Positions 1-11,780 of a stretch of 64,000 bases of DNA are shown one piece after another. The position numbers were made by a program, and so were the translations under genes. The notes under the pieces were generated by a model. It was not told where the DNA came from. It saw only the letters and a list, made by a program, of their open reading frames with translations, and made no database searches. The stretch lies in assembly GCF_006345805.1 (NCBI RefSeq), contig NW_021831985.1:248001-312000 (forward strand). The letters are read 5' to 3'. The stretch comes from Octopus sinensis. Taxonomy: Eukaryota. How positions within the stretch are numbered: position 1 is the first letter of the stretch; every line of letters starts with the position of its first letter.

Positions 1-193
1 CACCGTCGTCGCCATCATCATCATCATCATCATCCTCATCATCGTCACCGTCATCATCATCATCATCAACATCATCATTCAACATCTACTTATCATGCTG
101 GCAGGGACTACATAGTTTGATAGGATCACTAAGCTCAGATGCCAGCTTTGTTACATACATACATACATACATACATACATGCATACTTATATA

Positions 194-288
<95 letters not shown>

Positions 289-353
289 TTTATATACATA
301 TACATATATATATATACATATACATATATATATATATACATATACATGTATAT

Positions 354-386
<33 letters not shown>

Positions 387-420
387 CATATATATATATA
401 TAATATATATATATACATAT
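1..420. repeat. (CAT)n then (TACA)n/(TG)n/(TA)n microsatellites
   Basis: Direct reading. Confidence 0.95.
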
Positions 421-491
421 GTTAAATAAAATGAGACAACAAAACCGAAGCTGTGTGGAATTTTCATGGAACATTTATAAAGAGAAAGTTA

Positions 492-539
492 GTCTTACAG
501 CTGTTTCTGAGATATTAAGGATATCCCTTCATCAGAGAC
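492..539 (-). ncRNA. Minimal type I hammerhead ribozyme motif (PLE-type)
   Basis: Minus strand reads GTCT-CTGATGA-a GGGATA tccttaa TATCTC a-GAAAC-AGCT-GTA-AGAC: stem I GTCT/AGAC, intact core, palindromic stem III ACAGCTGT, GUA triplet. Stem II closing positions are A/A (non-canonical). Confidence 0.75.
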
Positions 540-818
540 GATGAAAATTATATGAAGAAGAAAATTATATGAGTTCAATATAAGGAGTTATTTTGGAAAA
601 ATGATGGAAATAAGAAGTATAAAGGGAAATAAGAGAATAAAAGCAAAAATAAAAAAATATATTTAGTATGTTATAGTTGCAGTTCCATATCCAAGGAAAG
701 TGGTGTGTATAGAAGTGCTAGAAATGCCCCTTGTCCATGGTATGTAAATTCTGATAGGAGTTCATATTTTGTCATTACAAATGGAAAATGTGGAGATGTA
801 GATACAACTATAACATCT

Positions 819-850
<32 letters not shown>

Positions 851-1045
851 CAACTATATATATATATATAACAGCTTATATATATATATATATTATATAT
901 ATATAACAATTATATATATATATACATATATTTTAATTCTTACTTTTATTCTCTCATTTCCCTTTATATTTCTTATTTCCATCCTTTTCAAAATAACTTC
1001 TTATATTGAACTCAAATATTTCCCTCTATTTAACCATCTCACTTC

Positions 1046-1093
1046 GTCTCTGATGAAGGATTATCCCTAATATCTCAGAAACAACTGTAAGAC
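1046..1093 (+). ncRNA. Minimal type I hammerhead ribozyme motif, inverted partner of 492-539
   Basis: GTCT-CTGATGA-aggattatccctaatatctca-GAAAC-AACT-GTA-AGAC; stem III palindrome has one change and stem II is weaker. Confidence 0.65.
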
Positions 1094-1297
1094 TAACTTT
1101 CTCATTATAAATGTCCTGAAAATTCCACACTGCCTTGGTTTGTTGTCTCATTTTATTCAATATATACATGCTCATACAAGACCTGCATTAGATTCCTCAC
1201 TCATATTATTATCGAACTGAGAGTTTAACTATGGTCCTTCCATAGTACTTACATAGCCGTACCTGCCATCTTGGGTCTTCTGGATACCAATACCTCT

Positions 1298-1337
<40 letters not shown>

Positions 1338-1799
1338 GTCAAATCAAATAAACAAACAATAAAATTAACAATAACAAGCAACAACAACAAGATGTGTACA
1401 AAGAATGTATTAGTCTGATGCTCAGCAAAAAGAGAGAGTTGTTGACATTTCGAGCATAGCTCTTCATTGGAAAGGGGAAAAGGAAAAGTCCAAATAAGGA
1501 AAACAATCACAAGAAGCACTTGTATAGTTACATTGCTGAAGTGACCAAAAGTGGAAAGCGACAGAAAGTGGTTCTTTGAGGACAAGAAAGTGCAAAGATG
1601 GTCAGTGTGTGTGTGTATGTGTGTGGTAGTGTCTGTGTGCATGTGTGTTTGTGTTTATGTGAGTGATGTATGTATAGGATGTGAGTCAATGAGCAGGTTA
1701 GTGAATGGTGTTTGATTCAGTCAAGTAGGTGAAAAGCGTGTGAATGGGTGGGTGTGGCTGTGAATGCCTATACCTGTTTGCATGTGTGCATATGACAGA

Positions 1800-2190
<391 letters not shown>

Positions 2191-2445
2191 GAGTGGAAGG
2201 ATATGTTATCCAGGTGGATTCTGTATTAGCTCTCAGTTAAGTTCATTTAACAGCTAACCACTTCAATCGTTATTTAATGTCTGTGACTAGTATCTGTTGC
2301 TAGACACTCCTTGGATTCCTCCAATGGGTAATTCCATGTACTCTTTGCTGGATAGTAGAAATTGTCCAGTGTATATATTATTATTGATAAAGAGTATAGA
2401 GACTTGTACATCCACAGAATTTATTTTATAGTTTTATACAGCATA

Positions 2446-2810
2446 CTAGCAGTATTGCCCGGCGTTACTCGGGTTTGTTTCGACCCTTTAGAATTGGAAT
2501 TTTTGAAAAGTAAAACTCTCTTTAAGCGAACATTTTTCTGGTTGAAATACACCAAAAAATGGCAACACAGCCGTCAAAAAAATCGTAAAAAATAGGGATT
2601 TTCATAGAAAAAAAAGTACCTTTTTGATGTAAATAATTTTTGGTGTTAACATGGTCCGATTTGAATTTTCTCTTCTAGGGAAGGAAGAGCAAGCCCTCTT
2701 CTATCATACTCTAAATTTTGGTCAACTTGCACCACAGGGTCTTGGAGGAGATAGTGTTAGTTGAAGGCTACCAAACTTGCCATACACAGACAACTTTATA
2801 CATATAGAGA
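2446..2810 (-). mobile_element. Non-autonomous Helitron, family B
   Basis: Minus strand: 5' TC(TC)TATATG..., 3' CCCGAGTAACGCCGGG hairpin + CAATACTGCTAG, inserted between A and T, no TSD. Confidence 0.85.
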
Positions 2811-2980
2811 TTATAATGACCTACACGTGTCTCTTCTGCAGCAACTACTCATGGTTGTAACTGCAACTTTGCATTATTGTCTGTGCAGTAGAGACATGTG
2901 TAGGTCATTATGAGATGTTGTATAAATTATAAAATAAAAATTGTGGCTGTACAAGTCTCCATACTCATATTTTTGTATGG

Positions 2981-3205
2981 TTAACCCTTTAGCATTCAGA
3001 TTATTCTATCAAATGTAATGCTTATTTATTTACATTGCTTTGAATTAACCTTGCATTATTTTGTATCTTAGAGATTTTGATGATGTTAACTATTTTTAAA
3101 ATGACATTGTAGGGTAGGTGTAATAGGCAGGATTTGACCAGTTTGAACTTAGAACAGGTTGAATATTTTCGCCAGATATGACTGGTTTAAATGCTAAAGG
3201 ATTAA
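2981..3205. mobile_element. piggyBac-type MITE (TTAA)
   Basis: TTAA-CCCTTTAGCATT ... AATGCTAAAGGA-TTAA. Confidence 0.8.
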
Positions 3206-3310
3206 ATGTGAATTCAAGTTTAGCTTGAAAATCACGAGAGTAAGATTGCTGAGCACTTTACAATTTTGTGAGGAAGATTACATTTCCATCATATATGAAT
3301 GCTTCACACT

Positions 3311-3461
3311 CCCTCCTGTAACTTAGCGGTTCGCCAGAAGAGACTGATAGAATAAGTACTAGGCTTATAAAGAATAAGTCCTGGGGTTGATTTGCTTGAC
3401 TAAAGGCAGTGCTCCAGCATGGCCACAGTCAAATGACTGAAACAAGTAAAAGAGTAAAAGA
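3311..3461 (+). mobile_element. SINE family A, 3' fragment
   Basis: Matches tail of the adjacent full copy (acttagcggttcg...gtaaaagag). Confidence 0.85.
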
Positions 3462-3483
3462 GTATATATGTATATATGTATAG

Positions 3484-3890
3484 GGCGCAGGAGTGGCTGT
3501 GTGGTAAGTAGCTTGTTTACCAACCACATGGTTCCGGGTTCAGTCCCACTGCATGGCACCTTGGGCAAGTGTCTTCTACTATAGCCTCGAGCCGACCAAA
3601 GCCTTGTGAGTGGATTTGGTAGACGGAAACTGAAAGAAGCCCATTGTATATATGTATATATATATATGCGTGTGTGTGTGTTTTGTGTCTGTGTTTGTCC
3701 CCCTAGCATTGCTTGACAACCGATGCTGGTGTGTTTATGTCCCCGTTACTTAGCGGTTTGGCAAATGAGACCGATAGAATAAGTACTGGGCTTACTAAAG
3801 AATAAGTCCTGGGGTCGAGTTGCTCGATTAAAGGCAGTGCTCCAGCATGGCTGCAGTCAAATGACTGAAACAAGTAAAAGAGTAAAAGAG
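3484..3890 (+). mobile_element. SINE family A, full length (tRNA head, CORE-like body, internal TA/TG microsatellite)
   Basis: A box TGGCTGTGTGG, B box GGTTCAGTCCC, CORE-like ggcaccttgggcaagtg, tail (GTAAAAGA)n; ~15 copies in window. Confidence 0.9.
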
Positions 3891-3907
3891 TATATATGTA
3901 TATGTGT

Positions 3908-3938
<31 letters not shown>

Positions 3939-4514
3939 TGTGTATGAATGCATATGTATATATTGTTGCTATTATGTTAAACTGTTGTATGTCCAAATTT
4001 TGGCCAAATGTGTTTTTTTGCAATATGTATTTTTTGTTTTCTATAACCGGTACTTTTGGTCAATTTATTGTATCTCCAGCTGCTTCAGATGCCAAGACAT
4101 CAAAAAAATTGTCAAAGTGTAGTATAACAGTTTTGCTATGGAATGGTGAAACTATTTTTTCATTTTCTGAAAAAAGCAATGTTTTGGACTTATGACTCTT
4201 TTGCATAATAGCAATGATATATATTCGTACTGCTTTAAATAGGCTGGTGAGAGGAAGAGGAAAGAAAGTATGCTGGGCTGTAGAAACTATGCCAAAGAAA
4301 AGGCAGCAAACAAGGTGCGATTCCATCAAGGTGAGGTGAGATGCAGAGGGTTCGCAGGCCAGTCCCTGGGATACCAAGCATATTTTAAGCAGAACTTACA
4401 ATAATTTTGCCATCACATGGGTAACGGATAGGAGGCTATGAGGTTGGCTCTGGAAGCAGCGCAGATTGACACATACATATATACATACATACACACATAC
4501 TTATATATATTTAT

Positions 4515-4745
4515 GTATATAAGAATTTTTTTTGCATAATGAGATAAAAAAACCAAGGCTGTATAGATATTAGACTAGGACCAGCAAACTTTCGAGTACT
4601 ACTTGCAATATCTAACTCAATAGAACCACTTGTGTGGACATACAATGTATGCTCTAATATCTATTAGCAACCTTCTTTCTATAAATGCTCTTATATCTAT
4701 ACAGCCTTGGCTTTTTGTCTCATTATGCAAAAAATTCTTATATAC
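4515..4745. mobile_element. Short foldback of PLE-tail-like module (arms ~4515-4570 and ~4693-4745)
   Basis: gtatataagaattttttttgcataatgagataaaaaaaccaaggctgtatagatat and its reverse complement; similar to the tail at 421-460. Confidence 0.7.
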
Positions 4746-4994
4746 ACACGCTGACATAGAACCAACGTTGAACCCTTTATTCACAATATTACCGAATCTG
4801 GAACTTAACTATGATCTGTCTATAGCACTTATTCAGCATTACCTGACACCTTTGGGTCTCAATGACACTATATATATATGTATGTATGATTATATATAAA
4901 GCTTCAATGACAATGGTTCTATAAAGGACCAAGGCACATCAACGTGAAGCATACCATTAATTGGCTTGACAGAATTACATAGAACACTGAATAT

Positions 4995-5220
4995 ATATTT
5001 CTTTATTGCTCACAGGGGGCTAAACATAGAGGGAAGAAACAAGGACAGACAAAGGGATTAAGTCGATTACATGGAACCCCATGGCATAACTGGTACTTAT
5101 TTAATTGACTCCAAAAGGATGAAGAGCAAAGTCAACTTCAGCAGAATTTGAACTTAGAATGTAACAGCAGACGAAATACCACAAAGCATTTCACCTGGCG
5201 TGCTAACGATTCTGCTAGCT
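4995..5220 (-). mobile_element. SINE family B (tRNA-like head; central gtcgactttgcctttcatcctttcggggtcgat domain)
   Basis: Homologous to ~13 copies in window; the central domain resembles Meta/MESC-type SINE domains from memory (unverified). Confidence 0.85.
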
Positions 5221-5621
5221 TGCATCTCTATGCTAGCTTGTATGTATGTATGCATGCATGTATGTATGTATGTCATTTCATCATCTTTGTCAACATCATT
5301 TTATGCCCATTGTCCATGCACATGCTAACATGGGCTAAACAAGTCTTCTGCTTGCTTTCTATGGCTGGATTCTTCTTAACACCAACCACTTCACGAAGTA
5401 TACTGGGTGCTTTTATTAATGGCACCAACCTAGTGAGGTGTCATGCATGGCCCTGACAGTACTAAAGTGGTTTTTATCAGAGATATATCCATGTCTTCAT
5501 CATGACTTAAGAGATTTCATAACTCATGTCTCTGCTTGCTTGTCAACCACTTTACAGAGTGATAAGCATGAGTTAGAGATACTTGAATGATAATGAAGAT
5601 ATATATGTGATAAGGGTTCTT

Positions 5622-5963
5622 GGCGAAGGTGCATGGCTTAGTGGTTAGATCATCAAGCTCACAATCATGTGGTAGTGAGTTCAATTCCCAGATCAGCCCG
5701 TGTGTTGTGTTCTTGAGCAAGGCACTTTATTTCATGTTGTTCCAGTTCACTCAGCTGTAGAAATGAGTTGCGATGTCACTAGTACCAAGTTGTATCAGCC
5801 TTTTGCCTTTCCCTTGGATAACATTGGTGGCATGGAGAGGCGAAGCTGGTATGAATGGGCAACTGCTGGTCTTCTATAAACAACTTTGCCCAGATTTGTA
5901 CCTTAGAGGGGAACTTTCTCGGTGCAATCTCATGGTCATTCATTACCAAAGGGGGTCTTTACC
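5622..5963 (+). mobile_element. SINE family C (tRNA head, CORE-like ttcttgagcaaggcactt)
   Basis: A box TGGCTTAGTGG, B box GAGTTCAATTCC; homologous to 23027-23380. Confidence 0.85.
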
Positions 5964-6556
5964 CGGATAAGGGTTCTCGGTATTCTGAGATATGCATGTA
6001 TATTCAAGGCTGCATGTCTGAGCCTGAGATGGTAGGAAGATCGCAAAATTTAAGGTCATGTGATCCCAGGGATGGAGGGATGATAGAAGCCCAGGATGTG
6101 TGGGAGAAAAGGAATGAAAATATGCTGGCACTCATAGTGTCACTGAGTGAAGCTGGGCAGCACAGGAGAGATGAGTGAAGCTAGAGTGAACTGGTCACAA
6201 GTGGTCTGAAGTAGTCATCTACACATAGGTGATTAGAAGGGCCAAAGAGGTTGAGTGATGAGGGTAGTAGCATGATAAATTGAAAGTAGATGACCCTTGA
6301 AGTAGTGAATGTCACAAAGGAAGGATGGGGAGAGGGTCATAAAAGATGCAGCAGCATCTTCTCCATGTCCTCACCACTGTTCCAAGCATCCCTCTGTCTG
6401 TCTCTTCTAGGTTTCGTTTACTTTGAGTGTTTGGCACATTTTCATATAGCTGTCCTCATTCATATGCATTATATGCCTGTGTCAACACAGTCTTCCCTCT
6501 TGCACACTATCCCTACTTCTTCCTTTATCTACCATAAATCTTTGAGTTTAGTCCAC

Positions 6557-7055
6557 CCTTGAGTATAATACACAGGGGATTTTTAGGGGGCTGTACCTCT
6601 GAAAAACCTAAACCTTGTGTATAATACACACCCCTTCTCTAACTTGAGTCGTGCGTAATTAAACCAGCAGCACCTAGTCGAACAAACACTTCCACACATG
6701 CGTAATACAATAATGGTGATGTTCTTAACTGTTATGTGGGAATGTAAATATGTTTGCAAATTGTTTTTGTTACATGTTATTCTGTGTTCTGAATACTTCT
6801 ATTTTAATAAATGTTACTTACTGCAAGTTATGGATGATTCTTTTATGACTTCATTGCTTTTAGGCTTAGCTTAATGTATTTTCGCGCCCGACATCACAAA
6901 ATGTGTCTGAATAAACATTGCCGGACAGCAAATAGAGACTTGGACATTGCTTAGAAGATATTTTTCATTTTTAATCTCGTATATAGTACACACTAGGGAT
7001 TTTGACCTTTAAATTTTTGGAAAAAAGTGCGGATTATACTCGAGGATTTACAGTA
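6557..7055. mobile_element. Tigger/pogo-like non-autonomous DNA transposon remnant
   Basis: Right end gcggattatactcgaggatttacagta (CAGTA terminus); partial complementary left end ccttgagtataatacac. Confidence 0.6.
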
Positions 7056-7493
7056 CTTTATTCTCTCAACTCATTTAAGCTCTGTCATTCATGTTCACTA
7101 ACTTTCACATATCTAGTCAAGCATGTTCACTTTGCTTCCTTCTAGGATTTGCAGATCCTCTGCACTCAGGTGATCTCAGCTCATTACCATGCATTTTGCA
7201 CACGAGCATCATAAAATCTTCCTTTCAACCCATAGAAAGAAGCCCTCTATTGTCAGCAGAAGTTATACCTCCTTGAACTTTTCTCCAACTAATCCGTACA
7301 CTGGTTACTATGCTCTCAGAACACACACACACTTCTACTACTTATTAGGTTTTCTTGATATTACAAGCTATCAACTACTATTAGAGAACCATTTGTGCAT
7401 AGAATAGAATATATTTCAAGAGTGCTCTTAATACTTTATGCTGCATGGGAAGTTTACCTTCTCTGTTAGCCTAAGATTCTCAGTCCACCACCA

Positions 7494-7865
7494 CAAGGAC
7501 AGACAAAGGGACTAAGTCGATTACATCGACCCCAGTGCGTAACTGGTACTTAATTTATCGACCCCAAAAGGATGAAAAGCAAAGTCGACCTCGGTGGAAT
7601 TTGAACTCAGAATGTAACGACAGACGAAATACCTATTTCTTTACTACCCACAAGGGGCTAAACACAGAGAGGACAAACAAGGACAGACAAACGATTAAAT
7701 CGATTATATTGCCCCCAGTGCATAACTGGTACTTATTTAATCGACCCTGAAAGGATGAAAGGCAAAGTCGACCTCGGCGGAATTTGAACTCAGAACGTAA
7801 CAGCAGATGAAATACCGCTAAGTATTTTGCCTGGCGTGCTAACGTTTCTGCCAACTTGCCGCCTT
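7494..7865 (-). mobile_element. SINE family B head-to-tail dimer
   Basis: Two units joined at aaagaaatag|gtatttcgtc (read on the minus strand). Confidence 0.85.
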
Positions 7866-8379
7866 CTAATGCTTTGGAATGGTTTCTATGGCTAGTTGCC
7901 TTTCCTAGTGCCAACCAATTCTACAGAATGCACTGGGTGCCTTTTCATGTCACCAGCACTAGTGAGGTCACGAAGGAGCTTGCTTGAGAAGACCTCATGA
8001 TTGATGGTTGTGTAGTTTTGCAAGAGGTAGGTTATGCTTGGTGTTGACAGGTAAAGTATGATAGAGGGATAGGAACAAAGTGTCTTGCTGTAGAGGAGAT
8101 GCATGGCTACCACAGGTGAGAAAGGAGAGAGGAAGATGGTGGTGAGGAAACACCAGGTTGTACCCTCAATGTACAAGGGGGATAGAGGAATAGGTGAAGA
8201 GGTAGAGAGAGAGGGTCAGTTAAGTTTGCAAGAGTGTGTAAGTGAGTGAAAGATGGGTAGAGATAGGGAATATAGATATAGTGTTGATGCAATGAATAGC
8301 AAACAAAAAGGGGTATGGTCAGGGGTGAATATCAGTTTGGGGGAATAGCAAAATGATAATGGTAATAAAATTGAGAATC

Positions 8380-8745
8380 ATCATCATCATCATCATCATT
8401 GTTTAACGTCCGTTCTCCATGCTAGCATGGGTTGGATGGTTCGACCGGGGATCTGGGAAGCCAGAAGGCTGCACCAGGCTCCGGTCTTATCTGGCAAAGT
8501 TTCTACAGCTGGATGCCCTTCCTAACGCCAACCACTCCGTGAGTGTAGTGGGTGCTTTTTACGTGCCACCTGCACTGGTGCCAGGCGAGGCTGGCATCGG
8601 CCACGGTTGGATTGGTGCATTTTACGTGCCACCTGCACAGAAGCCAGTCGAGGCGGCACTGGCTTCGGCCACGATTCGGATAGTGTTTTTACGTGCCACC
8701 GACACGGAAGCCAGTCGAGGCGGCGCTGGCAACGGCCAAACATAG
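8380..8745 (-). mobile_element. RTE-type 3' tail element with (GAT)n tail and three internal ~60-bp tandem units
   Basis: Minus strand ends ...ccaacccatgctagcatggagaacggacgttaaac(aatgatgat)n; repeated tttacgtgccacc...gccagtcgaggcgg units. RTE assignment is from memory. Confidence 0.65.
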
Positions 8746-8751
8746 CGTTCC

Positions 8752-8884
8752 AGAATAATAATAATAATGATGATAATTGCAATAATTATGTGAACAATGT
8801 GGGTGATTACATTAACACTGATATTAACTACAGCAATAATATAAGGGGGAAAATCATTAAATTATTGTAGAGTTTAAAACTTGT

Positions 8885-8921
<37 letters not shown>

Positions 8922-8962
8922 CAATGATAATGACTACGATAATAATAATAATAATCATCATC

Positions 8963-9014
<52 letters not shown>

Positions 9015-9031
9015 TAATAATAATAATTATC

Positions 9032-9086
<55 letters not shown>

Positions 9087-9100
9087 TAATAATAATAATT
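8752..9100. repeat. (AAT)n/(GAT)n trinucleotide tracts
   Basis: Direct reading. Confidence 0.95.
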
Positions 9101-9154
9101 TCGTTTTTGGATTTGGTTTGCAAGATTCTTTATATGAGTTCGTGTGTTGAAGCA

Positions 9155-9410
9155 TATTCTGTTGTGTCTGGGGAGAGTCATTCTCTTTTAGTGCCTTATT
9201 ATTTAACACACTCACAGGTAAAATTTCCATTTATTTCTTATTTTTATATTTTAAAATTTTTGTTGTGTGTTGCAACCTTTGACTATAGAAAAGGTTGCAA
9301 CACGCAACGAAAATTTTAAAATATAAAAATAAGAAATAAGTGGAAATTTTACTGGTGAGTGTGTTAAATAATAATGCACTAAAAGAGAATGACTCTCCCC
9401 AGACACAACA

Positions 9411-9415
<5 letters not shown>
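9155..9415. repeat. Near-perfect foldback, ~125-bp arms, ~9-nt loop
   Basis: tattctgttgtgtctggggagagtc...gcaaccttt-gactataga-aaaggttgc...gactctccccagacacaacagaata. Confidence 0.9.
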
Positions 9416-9473
<58 letters not shown>

Positions 9474-9644
9474 TAATAATAATTAATTCGTTTATTGGCC
9501 ACAAGGGCTAACAAAAATCATTTAAAACATAAAGGGACAAAACACAGGATGAAAGTTACAAAGGGTTTTGTCCGTTTGAAAAAAGGATAACAACGAAATA
9601 TAAGTAACAATTAAAACTCCCAATAGGGGGAGGCGTGGGGCTGA

Positions 9645-10025
9645 TTGCTACCTATCCCAGATACCAGGAAATCCCAAAATGGAAGAAACTTAAAAAGATA
9701 GTTCTCATGGGAACTGCTCATGTCCTAAGAAAAATATTGTCTATGTAATCCCCAAAACATTTTAATCTGTAAACAATATCAGAATATTTTTAAATGTACA
9801 TAATAGCAAACACCTTTTACTGTCATCTTAACATCACACAATCATCTGATAATCAAATTACTTTCAGAACAAGCTTCTAATTTTCTTATGTTTTCACAGA
9901 CATTCTCAAGAACAATACTTTGCACAAAATCAAAACTATGGCACCATAGTTATAGCACCAACTTCAACTTCTAACTTGTTGTCTCTTGAAGTCTCTCAGT
10001 GAGACTTGGAGTCAACATGTACCAT
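9645..10025 (+). mobile_element. R4/Dong-type RLE LINE, extreme 3' end plus UTR, followed by (TAA)n
   Basis: Encodes YLSQIPGNPKMEE..KIVLMGTAHVLRKILSM*, homologous to 46695-47100; UTR gtctcttgaagtctctcagtgagacttggag is shared with that copy. Confidence 0.85.
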
Positions 10026-10046
10026 GTAATAATAATAATAATAATG

Positions 10047-10081
<35 letters not shown>

Positions 10082-10084
<3 letters not shown>

Positions 10085-10620
10085 GCAGTGGCTCTCATGG
10101 CTTCTGATCTTAACTGATTGGAAGTGTTATCATGTATATTGTTTTGTCTTGGTATAAAAGATGGGCTACAGCAAATATTCTGCTCAATACCACAGATTTG
10201 CTTGTCAGTTGTTTGACTTTAACCAGTTGAGCATGTCCCCTAGTGGCTGACGATATGTGCATCTCTGATCACGAGCAGAAGTAGTGGGGGAGCATCATAG
10301 CCATGTGTTGAAAGGGATTCTTTGGTGTTAGAATAATTCACCTCTGGAAACATGGGTGGTTCTTTCCACATCCTTAAACAACCCTTATTCAGGGACCTTT
10401 TGAGCTGGATGGGCTACTCAACCTGAAGAAAATTCTAACTGGGCCCCACCTGCAAGGTCATGTGCTGTTTATCTTGATATGAGATCACCATGTCGCGCAC
10501 ATATGGTTGTGATGCATGTGCTTGGTGTACCCTTATCAGACGGTAGTCATGATGGGTATATTGGGCTTCGTATATTTTACCCCAGTGTCACTTTGATGGC
10601 ATGAACTGCTCTCTCACTCA
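10082..10620 (+). mobile_element. Non-coding ~540-bp interspersed element flanked on both sides by (TAA)n
   Basis: Sharp boundaries inside a TAA tract, higher GC than flanks, no long ORF; ends ctctcactc(AAT)n. Confidence 0.55.
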
Positions 10621-10644
10621 ATAATAATAATAATAATAGTAACT

Positions 10645-10812
10645 CTTTCTTCTGTAGGTACAAGGCCTAAAATTTTGAGGGAGGGCTTAGTCAGTTACAT
10701 TGACCACAAATTCACTGATACTTAATTTATCAACCCCAAAAGGATGAAAGATAAAGTCAACCTAAATGGAATTTGAAATCAGAAAGTAAGGTTGGACAAA
10801 ATGCCGCTAACC
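10645..10812 (-). mobile_element. SINE family B, degenerate
   Basis: Diverged aaggatgaaagataaagtcaacc...ggaatttgaaatcagaa. Confidence 0.7.
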
Positions 10813-10894
10813 ATTTTGAATAATAATAATAATAATTATAATAATAATAATAATAAATAATAATAATAATAATAATAATAACAACAATGATAAT

Positions 10895-11222
10895 GTGGCT
10901 ATATCTGCAGACATGAATGTAGCAATCAAAGAAGGGAAAATGGGGAAAATACCAGGATTTGGCCAGGGAAATATGACTACTGTGGAAAGTTTCTACAAAA
11001 AAATAATCCCATTTGTTATAGATGACCTTGGTACAACCACCGACAGACTTGACAACGTCAGCATTAAGATTGGTGTAACTACATGAGTTGCATCAATTCA
11101 GAAATTTGCTCTATTGGGAGCAGCAAGAATTGTAAAAATAAAAGGCCATCGGTTCCTGAGGAAACTGGTTGTTACTCAGTATCAAGGACATTGATTCTGA
11201 AAGTAAAACATTCGTGCACACT
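10895..11222 (+). mobile_element. R4/Dong-type RLE LINE 3' fragment (second family), between (TAA)n tracts
   Basis: Frameshifted ...DMNVAIKE/KYQDLAREI..LWKV..KIIPFVIDDLG...VASIQKFALLGAARIV, the typical RLE C-terminus. Confidence 0.75.
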
Positions 11223-11223
11223 A

Positions 11224-11266
<43 letters not shown>

Positions 11267-11280
11267 TGATGATGATGATG

Positions 11281-11326
<46 letters not shown>

Positions 11327-11340
11327 TAATAATAATAATG

Positions 11341-11393
<53 letters not shown>

Positions 11394-11696
11394 CTCTCTA
11401 TATATAAATGGCAAAATGTCTGCGTGTGTGTCCTTTATACAAATCCACAATTTTTCAATTAGAGAGCTCGCACTTTCTATGGTCATTCAAAACCGTCCAA
11501 GGGTGGTCGTGCACATCTTTACATTTCCCCAGTCACCCCACAAAGCCATTAAAAAAATCAATAGAAGTGACTTTTCTGTGAATTTTCTATCCAAAACCCA
11601 ATCAAAATGCCCGGAACTTGATACGCCAATTGAATGCCAGCTAGCTGTATGTGATTGGTCGGAGATTTAGACAGTACTTGCCGGGTCATAGTGCTA

Positions 11697-11776
<80 letters not shown>

Positions 11777-11780
11777 AATG

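Larger units (their letters stand above)
417..1168. mobile_element. Inverted pair of hammerhead-bearing PLE-tail-like modules (arms ~417-660 and ~927-1168)
   Basis: Arms are reverse complements over ~240 bp; both outer ends run into TA-rich microsatellite. Confidence 0.75.

Noticed and set aside
117-474. Long Y/I/H-rich ORFs, and similar poly-N/I/Y/C/M ORFs at 8.8-9.5, 11.2-11.9, 21.8, 39.8, 46.3 and 52.9-53.4 kb
   Set aside because: Translations of (TA)n, (AAT)n and (TATG)n microsatellites that lack stops by construction.
1229-1300. Possible minus-strand exon ending at GTAAGT (YWYPEDPRWQVRL or GIGIQKTQDGRYGY)
   Set aside because: No polypyrimidine acceptor (preceded by a CA repeat), no partner exon, no recognisable protein.
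3484-3560. tRNA-like heads with A and B boxes (also at 5622, 16312, 23027, 44534, 60957)
   Set aside because: They lack a complete cloverleaf and continue into multicopy SINE bodies; they are not tRNA genes.
8555-8745. Three spaced direct repeats resembling a CRISPR array
   Set aside because: The 'spacers' are also homologous; internal tandem of a eukaryotic retro-element tail, with no cas genes.
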